From Minisyncoccia bacterium (GTDB taxonomy: Bacteria > Patescibacteriota > Minisyncoccia > SW-4-49-11): DNA of 64,000 nucleotides. This document shows, one piece after another, positions 1-11,163 of this stretch. The number at the start of each line of letters is the position of its first letter. The first letter of the stretch is position 1. Both the position numbers and the translations under genes were made by a program. The stretch spans positions 34,446 through 98,445 of the forward strand of contig JBIKVS010000003.1 of NCBI GenBank assembly GCA_044356725.1, in the 5' to 3' direction. Below the pieces are notes generated by a model. The model did not search any database. It had not been told where the DNA came from and worked only from the letters and a program-made list of their open reading frames with translations.

Positions 1-535
1 CAAAATATGCAATTATTAAGAGCGAACAAGCTAGCCCAAATGTAAATCCTAATAAATATATGAATCCAACAAAAAATCCTACTGGAAGAATAGTAGCTAT
101 TATAAATAGATATGTTGGGGAACATGTAGTAAATACAGGCCCTAATGCAAGACCAATAAGTACGTCTCCAGCATAATTTTTTTTCTTATATCCTTTTCCT
201 ATAGCTTTATTCCCTATAATGCTAATTTTTTGGATAAATGGAATATTTGTCCAAAAAGAAGGAAATACTATACCTATTCCAACTAATAATATAATTCCTC
301 CTGAAAGTAAACTCCAAAAATACTGAGGGATATCGATAAGGAGGGTACTTGCTTTAAGTAGGAGTGTAAATAAAACAATTGATATAGATAGAGATCCTAT
401 TACAACCACTGATTTTTTGGATATATGATTATGTCCGTTTTCAGAAGATCCAATTACAATTGGTAAAAGAGGTAGAATACAAGGAGCTAAAACAGTAAGC
501 ACACCCGCAAGAATTGATACTAGTAAGAAAATCAT
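1..535 (-). CDS. CcdA/DsbD-family cytochrome c biogenesis / thiol-disulfide membrane protein (3' end runs off the window)
   Basis: Manual translation from ATG at 535: MIFLLVSILAGVLTVLAPCILPLLPIVIG...LALGPVFTTCSPTY; both conserved membrane Cys motifs present; directly downstream of a thioredoxin gene. Confidence 0.85.
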   Translation of the reverse strand, partial: MIFLLVSILAGVLTVLAPCILPLLPIVIGSSENGHNHISKKSVVVIGSLSISIVLFTLLLKASTLLIDIPQYFWSLLSGGIILLVGIGIVFPSFWTNIPFIQKISIIGNKAIGKGYKKKNYAGDVLIGLALGPVFTTCSPTYLFIIATILPVGFFVGFIYLLGFTFGLACSLLIIAYF

Positions 536-540
536 ATAAT

Positions 541-1029
541 TTAGTTTATTTTTGAAAGTATACTTTCAAGATTTGAGCCTCCACTCCATTTTTGAATTAG
601 ATTCCCATCTTTATCTACCTGCACAAGTGTGTGTTGACTTGTAACCCCATACTTCTTCTTTAATTCTGTCTCTTTATCATAATCAGCTTTCAGAATAGTG
701 ACATCTGATGGGATAGAATCAATATTTTTTTCTATATCATTATTAAGCGCTCTACATGAAGGACACCAAGATGCTTGAAAGAAGATTACAGCTTTTCCAT
801 TCTCTGCCAAAGAAATCTTGTCTTCACTATATATCTGATATGATGATTGTTCGTCCCCAGATTTAATATCTGCATTCTTATTTAAAGACTGTGATTCATT
901 TAAATCATTAGTAATATTGTTTTTAACTTCATTCGAATTATCTGGTTCAACTTTATTATCTCTACTAAGTACAAAATACGATGCTAATACTATAATAATT
1001 AATACAATAATCCATAGATTCTTCTTCAT
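541..1029 (-). CDS. Membrane-anchored thioredoxin-family protein
   Basis: N-terminal TM helix; WCPSC active site; Trx-fold C-terminus. Confidence 0.9.
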   Translation of the reverse strand: MKKNLWIIVLIIIVLASYFVLSRDNKVEPDNSNEVKNNITNDLNESQSLNKNADIKSGDEQSSYQIYSEDKISLAENGKAVIFFQASWCPSCRALNNDIEKNIDSIPSDVTILKADYDKETELKKKYGVTSQHTLVQVDKDGNLIQKWSGGSNLESILSKIN

Positions 1030-1039
1030 ATGTTTTTAG

Positions 1040-1321
1040 TTATTCTGCTAATATATTTAATACTTTTAATAATTTTTCTGATAAGGCATTATTTTCTTTG
1101 AGGTAGCAAATAATCTGCCCCATTCTATGAGCTTTTACAAGTCCCTTGGAAGTAAGATAAGCTAGTTGATGTGATGCCAGTGATTGAGAAATTTGTACAG
1201 TTTGAGATATTTCATTAACACATAGATCTCTATTAGAACTATATATCAGCTTCAAAATCTTATATCTATTTAAATTAGACAATACTCTCATCAATACTAT
1301 TTTATTACTTTCTTCGATCAT
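1040..1321 (-). CDS. ArsR/SmtB family transcriptional regulator
   Basis: R.KIL..I...LCVNEI...ISQS.ASHQL..L...GLV winged-HTH pattern. Confidence 0.9.
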   Translation of the reverse strand: MIEESNKIVLMRVLSNLNRYKILKLIYSSNRDLCVNEISQTVQISQSLASHQLAYLTSKGLVKAHRMGQIICYLKENNALSEKLLKVLNILAE

Positions 1322-1411
1322 ATTAAATTTAAATTTAAACTTATAATTATATTACTTTACAAGACTTGGAAAAACTATTGGAATTATAAAAATAACGATA
1401 AATGTACTTAT

Positions 1412-1466
1412 ATATTAATATATGCGCATATATTAATATTATATACCGAAGTTTAAATATATGCAA
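1412..1466 (-). promoter_or_regulatory. Sigma70-type promoter (TTGCAT-17-TATAAT) overlapped by a perfect 28-bp palindrome; likely ArsR operator
   Basis: Palindrome ATATTAATATATGCGCATATATTAATAT at 1412-1439; -10 at 1438-1443; -35 at 1461-1466. Confidence 0.7.
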
Positions 1467-1665
1467 TAGCTTATAATATAAAATACTAAAGGACATTTCT
1501 TAAAATAGGAAAGCATGATTTACGTAATTTATTTTTGCTTTTTATATATTGTCTAATTAATCAATCATTCTTAGAGCATACTTAATTGCAAAATAGCTAC
1601 CTTCCTCAAAATAAGCTCCCTAAAGAAATTCTTTCAATTTAGGAAACTATAATCTTATTATTACA

Positions 1666-1862
1666 CTATTTCCTCCTTTCATTTTTTATACTACTTTTTC
1701 CTATTCCTAATTCTATCCCTATCTCTCTATAATTATATCCCATCCCTATATATGTCTCTATCTGTATCCTATCTTTATACTTTAGTCTCTTATACTTCCT
1801 CATATCCTTATTATTTACTTATTCCTTTCTTATTATATACTGTTGCATTAGATCTCTGAAGA
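1666..1862 (-). mobile_element. IS30-family remnant: terminal inverted repeat plus 45-aa N-terminal HTH fragment
   Basis: ORF 1803->1666 MRKYKRLKYKDRIQIETYIGMGYNYREIGIELGIGKSSIKNERRK resembles the IS30 HTH; TTCAGAGATCTAATGCAACA (1841-1860, minus) resembles IS30 IR ends. Confidence 0.65.
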
Positions 1863-2037
1863 AAAGAAATATATAAATTAAAATAAAGACTAATGGGCCA
1901 TATATACCAAATGATTGAATAAAGTTTTGTGTTTTTTGAATATCTAATAATTTGGAATTTTGAGTATATATAGTTATACCTATTAATATAATTATACTTA
2001 AAGGAATAATACTCTTTTTAAATGAGATATGTTTCAT
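1819..2037 (-). pseudogene. Truncated TVP38/TMEM64 (DedA/VTT) family membrane protein
   Basis: FIQSFGIYGPLVFILIYI matches the TVP38/YdjX N-terminus; the frame then runs into the IS30-like IR and stops. Confidence 0.6.
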
Positions 2038-2134
2038 ATATAATAAGTATCTATAACAGAATATATAAATAATTTAGAGTATAAATTTTCTAATATGAGA
2101 TAATAATAATAACATATCATGTAAAAAACCAATA

Positions 2135-2728
2135 TTAATCTAAAATACCATCTAAATTAACATCATATAGTATTCTTTCATTGGCTAAGTTATATTTGAT
2201 AATTTCTGATTCATTAAACCAAAGAGAAATTTCTCTTTCTGCTTCTGAGACTTTATCTGAGCAATGCACTAAATTTCTAACAGCTCTTGATGATGAGTTA
2301 GCTAGAGAATAGGTATCTACTGTATAATCTCCTCTTATCGTACCTACATCTGAAGTTAATGGTTCTGTACCTCCTACTAGTTTTTTTACAACCCCTACAG
2401 ATTGATTACCTTGTACTATAAATGCTATCACTGGACCAGATGTCATAAAATCAATATTTCCTCTTAAAATATCTTTTCCATATTCTATAGCCTCTTTTTC
2501 AACATCTAAGCCTTGAGATTTTCTAGACTGAATAGCAATAGTTCCCTTTTCTACAAACCAAGCATCATCTTTATTATAATGCTTCCATAATACATCTTCA
2601 CTAGCTACTATCATTTTTAGAGCTATAATTTTAAGACCGGTTCTCTCAATTCGAGATATAATATCTCCCACCAAACTTCTTTGTACTCCGTCTGGTTTAA
2701 TAATTACTAAGGTTCTCTCTTTAATCAT
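2135..2728 (-). CDS. ndk: Nucleoside diphosphate kinase
   Basis: ERTLVIIKPDGVQR, GTIRGDY and RNLVHCSD (catalytic His) motifs. Confidence 0.95.
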   Translation of the reverse strand: MIKERTLVIIKPDGVQRSLVGDIISRIERTGLKIIALKMIVASEDVLWKHYNKDDAWFVEKGTIAIQSRKSQGLDVEKEAIEYGKDILRGNIDFMTSGPVIAFIVQGNQSVGVVKKLVGGTEPLTSDVGTIRGDYTVDTYSLANSSSRAVRNLVHCSDKVSEAEREISLWFNESEIIKYNLANERILYDVNLDGILD

Positions 2729-2833
2729 AAAAATATCTTATTATTTATATACCAATATTATATACTTTATTTAACTTTTTTACAATATAAAAATTAGGAG
2801 GTCTCCCCCCTAATCTTTATATGCTCAAAATCA

Positions 2834-4495
<1,662 letters not shown>

Positions 4496-4511
4496 TTATA
4501 ATTGATAAATT

Positions 4512-4772
4512 TTATAAGGTGGCAAGAATATCCTCTTCTTTTATGATTAAATAATCCTCCGATTCTAAGCTTATTTCTGTTGGTCCGTATTTGGCAAATA
4601 CTACATTTTGTCCTACTTGTACAACTTTTACATCTTTACCAACTGAGACAACTTCTCCAATTTGAGGTTTATCCTGCTTAGCAGTATCAGGGATATAAAT
4701 TCCACTTGCAGTTTTTTCTTCTGCTTTTTGAGGTTTAATTAAAACTTTATCGAATAATGGCTGTATATTCAT
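4512..4772 (-). CDS. groS: Co-chaperonin GroES
   Basis: PLFDKVLI...TASGIYIPD mobile loop; upstream of groEL. Confidence 0.98.
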   Translation of the reverse strand: MNIQPLFDKVLIKPQKAEEKTASGIYIPDTAKQDKPQIGEVVSVGKDVKVVQVGQNVVFAKYGPTEISLESEDYLIIKEEDILATL

Positions 4773-4811
4773 ATATTATATCTATTAAATTATTCTAATA
4801 TTTGATTGATT

Positions 4812-4838
4812 TTAGCAGTTATAACTCTAGACTGCTAA
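4812..4838 (-). promoter_or_regulatory. CIRCE element (HrcA operator)
   Basis: TTAGCAGTC-N9-AACTGCTAA on minus versus consensus TTAGCACTC-N9-GAGTGCTAA; upstream of groES; hrcA is in this window. Confidence 0.9.
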
Positions 4839-4845
4839 TAAATTT

Positions 4846-4874
4846 ATTATACTGTAAGTATATTATTTTGTCAA
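4846..4874 (-). promoter_or_regulatory. groESL promoter TTGACA-17-TATAAT
   Basis: Perfect consensus boxes at 4869-4874 and 4846-4851, immediately upstream of CIRCE. Confidence 0.85.
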
Positions 4875-4879
4875 CAAAA

Positions 4880-4918
4880 TAAATAGAGTGATGCAGTAGA
4901 ACTATATCACTCTATTTT
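4880..4918. terminator. Hairpin terminator downstream of the pilin-propeller gene
   Basis: AAATAGAGTGAT...ATCACTCTATTT inverted repeat. Confidence 0.6.
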
Positions 4919-4939
4919 AATACTAAATACAAGTATATA

Positions 4940-6841
4940 TTAATCCAGAGTACCGTTGGAGTTATATTTAGCTATAAAGGAATCTGTTCCTCCTATACTA
5001 GTTAGCTCTTGAATAATGCCACCTTGTCCAAAATTAGATAAACCTTGGAAATAACCTACTACTAAAACATTACCATCTATATCCACATCAACGCCTCTAC
5101 CAGAGTCTGCACCTGATCCACCAGCTCTCCTAGCCCAGGCTAATGTTCCATTGGCATTATATTTTGCTATAAAGGCATCTTGTGCTCCTGCACTAACTAA
5201 TGATGTCTGATTAGATTCACCTTGACCAAAAGTTGCCGTACCCTCAAAGTATCCAGTTATTATGGAACTTCCATCTGTATTTATGGCAATATCAATAGCT
5301 AAATCTCCTCCATTTCCTCCAGCTTTCTTAGCCCAAGCTAATGTTCCGTCTGAATTATATTTAGCTACATATATGTCTGCTTGTACTCCTGTACTGACTA
5401 ATGTTGTTTCATTTGACTCACCCTGTCCAAAGACTGCTGTCCCCCAGAAAAATCCAGTTACTATACTACTCCCATCACTATGCATACCTATATCTCTAGC
5501 CCAGTTTATATCTGCTCCTATTGACAAGACTTTTTTTGCCCATATAATACTTCCATCTGAATTGTATTTAGCTATATAGCTATTATAAGTTCCTGAGGCA
5601 GTTAAAATTGTCTGATTAGGGTCACCCTCACCGAAAATAACAGAATTAGTGCTAGCAAACTGTCCTGCAACAACAAATGTTCCATCTATATTATTACTAA
5701 TTCCATATCCCCATTCCCAAGAATTACCACCTATTCTTTTAGACCAGGCTAATGTACCATTAGAATTATATTTAGCTATAAAGGTATCTGTAGCACCTCC
5801 ACTAACAAGAGTAGTAGCATTGGCTTCTCCCTGTCCAAAGACTGCTGTCCCCTCAAAGTATCCAGTTACCAAAGCACTGCCATCAGAATTAGCAGCTAAT
5901 CCGAAGCCATATTCTCTTTCACCAGTACCACCTGCTCTCTTAGCCCAAACTAAATTACCATCCGTAGCATATTTTGCAACAAATATATCTCTACTTCCTG
6001 CACTGACTAGAGTTGTGGCATTAGGTTCTCCTTGTCCAAAGACTGCCGTACCTGTAAATGAACCTGTTACAATACTTGTCCCATCTGCATATCCTATAAT
6101 ATAGTTACCCCCATAATCTTCACTAGTACCACCTGCTCTTTTGGCCCATGCCAAAGTTCCACTGGGATTATATTTAGCTATAAATATATCTCTACTCCCT
6201 GCACTGACTAAAGTTGTAGCATTAGGTTCTCCTTGTCCAAGGATAGTAGTACCTTCAAATGAACCTGTAACTAAAACACTACCATCACTTAACTTAGAGA
6301 CCCCTCCACTTTTATCCAAACCACCAGATCCCCCAGCTTGGACTAGAAAAGTTTGAGTTGGAGTTATAGTATTGATAACCAAATCTTGCTCTAATTCTGC
6401 TTTATTAGCTCTGAGACTAATCTGATTATTCGAGTCTTTAGCAATTTCATAACCTGTTTCTCCAACTATTGTATCGGTATCTTTGGGAATTTCACTTAAG
6501 TATGTAGGGACCAACACTCTTAAATCTATCTTACCATCACAGTATCCTGTACTCGGTAGTGTATCTTCTATAGTAAGATTGCCTGTATCACATATCTCTA
6601 TATATGTATTAGTAGGTATGTTTAAATCTACAAATCCCCTATTAACTGCATTATATTGCTGTAATGCATTATAGATATCATTAATTGAGACTTGTCTCTC
6701 AAGATTTCTAGATTGTGAGATTTGTCTACTAGGATTTATAGCTACTAGAACAATACTAGATAATATACCTATTACAACTATGGTCAAAAGTATCTCTAAT
6801 AATGTAAATCCTTTATTACTTATCTTATTATATTTATTCAT
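4940..6841 (-). CDS. Type IV pilin fused to a beta-propeller repeat (SBBP-like) adhesin domain
   Basis: KGFTLLEILL prepilin motif; about 7 repeats of G.F.GTA.FGQGE.N.TTLVSAG..D.FIAKYN..GTL.WAKRAGG. Confidence 0.85.
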   Translation of the reverse strand: MNKYNKISNKGFTLLEILLTIVVIGILSSIVLVAINPSRQISQSRNLERQVSINDIYNALQQYNAVNRGFVDLNIPTNTYIEICDTGNLTIEDTLPSTGYCDGKIDLRVLVPTYLSEIPKDTDTIVGETGYEIAKDSNNQISLRANKAELEQDLVINTITPTQTFLVQAGGSGGLDKSGGVSKLSDGSVLVTGSFEGTTILGQGEPNATTLVSAGSRDIFIAKYNPSGTLAWAKRAGGTSEDYGGNYIIGYADGTSIVTGSFTGTAVFGQGEPNATTLVSAGSRDIFVAKYATDGNLVWAKRAGGTGEREYGFGLAANSDGSALVTGYFEGTAVFGQGEANATTLVSGGATDTFIAKYNSNGTLAWSKRIGGNSWEWGYGISNNIDGTFVVAGQFASTNSVIFGEGDPNQTILTASGTYNSYIAKYNSDGSIIWAKKVLSIGADINWARDIGMHSDGSSIVTGFFWGTAVFGQGESNETTLVSTGVQADIYVAKYNSDGTLAWAKKAGGNGGDLAIDIAINTDGSSIITGYFEGTATFGQGESNQTSLVSAGAQDAFIAKYNANGTLAWARRAGGSGADSGRGVDVDIDGNVLVVGYFQGLSNFGQGGIIQELTSIGGTDSFIAKYNSNGTLD

Positions 6842-6902
6842 ATTATTTTATTATTAATATATTTTGTAGTATATAATTCTTTTTTATAAAATACAATAGA
6901 TA

Positions 6903-8183
6903 CTATCTAATTACACATCTAAAGCCATGTGTAGGTAAAGAGCATGTAGTATTACAAGGGCCAATTGAGAAAACTCCAGCTCCTTCTTGAGTCGAATCCC
7001 AACCTCCTGACCATGAACCACCTCTCATCCAATTAGAGATCTGAGTTGAGCTACTAGGAGAATGACTTATTAATTGTCCTATATTATTAGAGCTGTTCCA
7101 AGCTATATTGCTAGGTCGATAATAATCATAGTATAATATTCCATTACTGATAATATTATTAAATTCTACTCCAGCCCAACTAATTTGATTGTTTGAATAA
7201 GGCATATCTTTTTGTTGAATAGTATCTGTAGTCCACTCCCATAGATTACCACTAATATCCCAAATAGTTTCCCCATTACTTAATATATGTGTTCTTTTTT
7301 GCTGCCATCCATTATTAATACTATTCCCTGTATCTTTATATCCCAAATTATCATCTGTGCTAGCTTCTAGAGCTGTATTCGGATTATTATCACTATGTCC
7401 TCTCCAAATCCCTCCATTACCAATTTCGTTTACTGGAGTTGGGATTGGATTATACCAGTTATTAGATACCGATTCTATATTTCTAGATATAGTCATACCT
7501 TCTACATTAGTCATTAAACTAGCTCCTGCATTAACACAATAACTTGCAGCCGTTGCTTGATCTATATTAGCTATTGGATACCCAGTAGCTACACTGGCTA
7601 TAGTTCTACCATTAGCTGCTGTAGTGGGGGTGGTATTATTTGCTATAGTATTGAAACCAGTATTTGGAGTTGTTAAACCTACAGTTGGACTATTGATAGC
7701 TACTGCTTTAGCTTCGTATTTCATCACACAAAAGTCTTTGGTTTGATATAGGCTGTTTCCGGGTACTTTTATATAACCTGTTGGACAGCTGAAGTTTCCT
7801 GCTGTATCTGTTGTATTGACATAGACTCTACCATCATTCCCTCTTGCTACCGTATATGTGGTACTACTTGGTATTGCGGATACATATTCTGGTATTAAAC
7901 TACTTAGGTTTATACAGTCTGGTGTATTTACTGTATTACTACATACTTTCCTTTGTACTCCATCTAGTCCTGCTGGGTAATTACCTGTATCTATCAATCT
8001 CTGTTGTAATGCTTTCTCTATTGTATTCTTATCGCTATTTATTGCTGCTTGTCTTGCTTGGTTTATTTGTCTATTTGGATTTATGGCTACCAGTACTATT
8101 GCCGCTAATATTCCTATTGCTGCTATTACTAATAATATCTCTAGGAGGGTGAAGCCTTTGTTGGCTTTTATATTTCTATTCAT
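6903..8183 (-). CDS. Type IV pilin fused to a formylglycine-generating-enzyme/C-type-lectin-fold domain (DGR-target-like)
   Basis: Start reassigned to ATG at 8183 (MNRNIKANKGFTLLE); FCVMKYEAK, WDISGNLWEW and RGGSW...GFRC motifs. Confidence 0.85.
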   Translation of the reverse strand: MNRNIKANKGFTLLEILLVIAAIGILAAIVLVAINPNRQINQARQAAINSDKNTIEKALQQRLIDTGNYPAGLDGVQRKVCSNTVNTPDCINLSSLIPEYVSAIPSSTTYTVARGNDGRVYVNTTDTAGNFSCPTGYIKVPGNSLYQTKDFCVMKYEAKAVAINSPTVGLTTPNTGFNTIANNTTPTTAANGRTIASVATGYPIANIDQATAASYCVNAGASLMTNVEGMTISRNIESVSNNWYNPIPTPVNEIGNGGIWRGHSDNNPNTALEASTDDNLGYKDTGNSINNGWQQKRTHILSNGETIWDISGNLWEWTTDTIQQKDMPYSNNQISWAGVEFNNIISNGILYYDYYRPSNIAWNSSNNIGQLISHSPSSSTQISNWMRGGSWSGGWDSTQEGAGVFSIGPCNTTCSLPTHGFRCVIR

Positions 8184-8238
8184 ATGTATGAGTTTATTAT
8201 TTATAATTTTATTACAGTCTTTTCTATATCTATTTAAC

Positions 8239-8267
8239 ATTATACCTCCCCCCCAGATTTTTGTCAA
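8239..8267 (-). promoter_or_regulatory. Consensus promoter with G7 tract in spacer
   Basis: TTGACA-AAAATCTGGGGGGGAGG-TATAAT on minus, 55 nt upstream of the pilin ATG. Confidence 0.8.
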
Positions 8268-8308
8268 ATTTGGAGTGTGCTGATGTATGTATAGTTAATA
8301 TAATAATT

Positions 8309-8905
8309 TTATAAAAAAGCATATTGTGATTTATGAGTGTTTTCCTTTATAAATTGGTCTATATCATAATTCATATCTACTTTCAAGCGCAACCAACCAT
8401 CTTTAGAAGGATATATTAAATGGTTTTTTGTAATACAATATTCAAAAATGTCTTTTGTTAATTTAACATCATTTATACAATAATCTGCTAAATCCTCTAA
8501 TTTACCTTCTTGATATAAGCTCATTGCATTAGAGCCAGTTCCAGATTTATTTGTTCCCAGAGTCATACTAGCTATAGCGTCTAGACCCAATCTTTTACCT
8601 GTATTAGCTCTGAACTCTCTTAGTATATCAAAAGAAGCTATACTAAAAAGGTCAAATTGATAATATTTATTCAAGATAGGAGTGTCAAAGTGATCATTAT
8701 TGAATCCTACCAATAAATTCGCTTGCTTTAAATCTGCCTCTAAATCTGACAATTCTTCTAAAAAGTAAGTCTTATATTCATCTTTTGCATAATTATATAC
8801 TCCCACTACGGTTATCTGCATTTCATCTACAAAATTAGGTGATGAAATATTACCAATAGTTTCAATATCAAATACTAATATATTAGGGAACTTATTGCTT
8901 ATCAT
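8309..8905 (-). CDS. RNase H-like / DEDD 3'-5' exonuclease-domain protein
   Basis: VFDIET, GFNNDHFD and YCINDV motifs. Confidence 0.8.
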   Translation of the reverse strand: MISNKFPNILVFDIETIGNISSPNFVDEMQITVVGVYNYAKDEYKTYFLEELSDLEADLKQANLLVGFNNDHFDTPILNKYYQFDLFSIASFDILREFRANTGKRLGLDAIASMTLGTNKSGTGSNAMSLYQEGKLEDLADYCINDVKLTKDIFEYCITKNHLIYPSKDGWLRLKVDMNYDIDQFIKENTHKSQYAFL

Positions 8906-9905
8906 AGTTAAAAATATCTCTATATATTATACGAGAAAGAGAAACTACTGGCATTGCTATTATAACCCCTAAGGGACCTGATAAAACTCCTCCTATCATT
9001 AAAGCGAATACTACCAGTAGTGCATTGGTATGACTAAATGACTTGAATATAATAGGTAGAAGTAAAAACTGTTTAATTAATTGTACACATATAATTAATG
9101 CTATAGTTATGATGCCTAATATTGGAGATTGTACAAATGCAATGAGTATAATAATTAAGTATATAAGTACTGGCCCAAGAATTGGTATAAGTTGGAATAT
9201 ACCCGCCATAATTCCTAATATTGCAGCATATTGAAACTCTAGAATAGAAAGCACAGTATATATGAATATCCCCATAGTAAGAGCAATACTAGCTTCCACA
9301 AATGCCCATTTTCCTATATGATATTGTAATTTGTGAATTATATTAGGTATATTCTCTTTTATTTCAGCTGGAACAAATAACTTTATCAATGCATTTAACC
9401 CAGAGTCATTAACCGAAATATAAAATGCTAATATAAAAATTAGCAGAGTATAGGTTAAGACCTCTCCTAAACCAGATAAAATACTTATTGTTAATTGACC
9501 TAAATTCGGTATAAAATTTGTGAACTGACTGAATTGAAAGTTATCTATTGGTAATCCTGTAATGATTATTCCTGATTCTAGTTGCTTCAATAGAGTATTA
9601 ATCAGCTCAATAAACCCATAGCTTTCCTTAATTAATAATGGTAATAAAAGACCAATACTAGCAATAGTTAAAATTAATATTAATACAAAAATAGATATCA
9701 ATCCATATTTATAACCAAATTTATACTTATCTTGTAATAAATTCGCGAAATATTTAGCAAATGAGGCTAATATAAATGATATTATAATAGTTAATACTAA
9801 ATATCTAATATATATCAAAAATAAAAATATCAGTATAAATAAGGTTAATATTAATAGTGATTTTCTTGATATAGATATTGTGTTTTTATTGTCTTGTTTT
9901 GGCAT
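8892..9905 (-). CDS. AI-2E (PerM/UPF0118) family transporter
   Basis: Multi-TM; IPILGP and GGVLSGPLGVIIAMP motifs. Confidence 0.85.
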   Translation of the reverse strand: MPKQDNKNTISISRKSLLILTLFILIFLFLIYIRYLVLTIIISFILASFAKYFANLLQDKYKFGYKYGLISIFVLILILTIASIGLLLPLLIKESYGFIELINTLLKQLESGIIITGLPIDNFQFSQFTNFIPNLGQLTISILSGLGEVLTYTLLIFILAFYISVNDSGLNALIKLFVPAEIKENIPNIIHKLQYHIGKWAFVEASIALTMGIFIYTVLSILEFQYAAILGIMAGIFQLIPILGPVLIYLIIILIAFVQSPILGIITIALIICVQLIKQFLLLPIIFKSFSHTNALLVVFALMIGGVLSGPLGVIIAMPVVSLSRIIYRDIFNYDKQ

Positions 9906-9908
9906 ATA

Positions 9909-11084
9909 TTATTCTGGTCTCTCTTCCAAAGTTAAGGATAACTTTTCTTCTTTTCCGTCTCTAATAACTAAAAGTTCAATTTTATCTCCTATTTTATATT
10001 GCGAGACTACATCGGCCAATTGTTGTTTTATAGATAAATTTTTATCGTTAATTTTGGTTATAATATCTCCAGTTTTAAGCCCTGATTTAGCAGCAGGTGA
10101 ATTAGGAACTATTGCTGGAGATTGAGCATCTCCAATAATCAAAGCTCCATTTTCTACCCCATACTGTTTGGATTGATCTGATCCAGGAACAATCATATTA
10201 TAGCGAACTCCAATAAATGGCACTTTCACTTTACCAAATTTCTTATAATCCTCAATCATTCTCACTACTACATTGGAAGGGATTGCAAAGCCTATACTTT
10301 GAGCACCCTCTGCTGTAGCTACATTAACTCCAATTACTTTAGCATTAATATCTAATAAAGGACCTCCTGAATTACCTTGATTGATAGCAGCATCAGTTTG
10401 AATAACTTGAGATAATTGTTCTGAATTACCCATTTTATCCGAAGCTACAATAGATCTTCTTAATCCAGATATGACCCCTCTACTAACAGTATTATCAAAT
10501 TCATTTAAGGCATTACCTATTGCTACTGCAGTTTGTCCAACTTTAAGCTGCTCAGAATCTGCAAATTCTACTGGTTTTAAATTATCTTTATCTACTTTAA
10601 TAATAGCCAAATCTTGAGTAGGGTGTAAAGCTTTTACCTCAGCTTTAGATTCTGAACCATCATTAAATAGAACTTTATAGGTAGCACTAGAGTCTGAGAC
10701 CACATGTTTATTAGTTATAATTAATCCATCTGATGATACAACAAAGCCAGTTCCGCCACCTATAGTTCTGTTCACATCTTCATTTTGTGGTAAATTCTCT
10801 TGTGTTGGGACTCCAAAAAAATAATCAAACGGAGTAGACCTTCTGAGTGGTATCTGTTTTGAAATAGATATACTCACTACTGATTGATTAGACTTCTCAA
10901 CCAAATCAATGATAGCCGATTGTTCTTCTGAGACACTAAGATTGCTAGTTTGAATAGTTGTATTTTGGACTTTATCTATATAAGAGAATGCTATTCCTCC
11001 ACCTAAAAAACCGGTAAGAGACGAAGCTAAAACACTAATTAGAACTATATTCGCTATCTTTTGTTGATTTAATTCTGTAGACAT
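9909..11084 (-). CDS. HtrA/DegP-family serine protease with one PDZ domain
   Basis: TNKHV, DLA and QTDAAINQGNSGGPL catalytic motifs; C-terminal PDZ. Confidence 0.95.
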   Translation of the reverse strand: MSTELNQQKIANIVLISVLASSLTGFLGGGIAFSYIDKVQNTTIQTSNLSVSEEQSAIIDLVEKSNQSVVSISISKQIPLRRSTPFDYFFGVPTQENLPQNEDVNRTIGGGTGFVVSSDGLIITNKHVVSDSSATYKVLFNDGSESKAEVKALHPTQDLAIIKVDKDNLKPVEFADSEQLKVGQTAVAIGNALNEFDNTVSRGVISGLRRSIVASDKMGNSEQLSQVIQTDAAINQGNSGGPLLDINAKVIGVNVATAEGAQSIGFAIPSNVVVRMIEDYKKFGKVKVPFIGVRYNMIVPGSDQSKQYGVENGALIIGDAQSPAIVPNSPAAKSGLKTGDIITKINDKNLSIKQQLADVVSQYKIGDKIELLVIRDGKEEKLSLTLEERPE

Positions 11085-11163
11085 ATTATTAAATATATTA
11101 TCTAGTAATGTATAATTTTATTATATCATATTTATATATATTTTAAAACAAATATGTAAAGTT

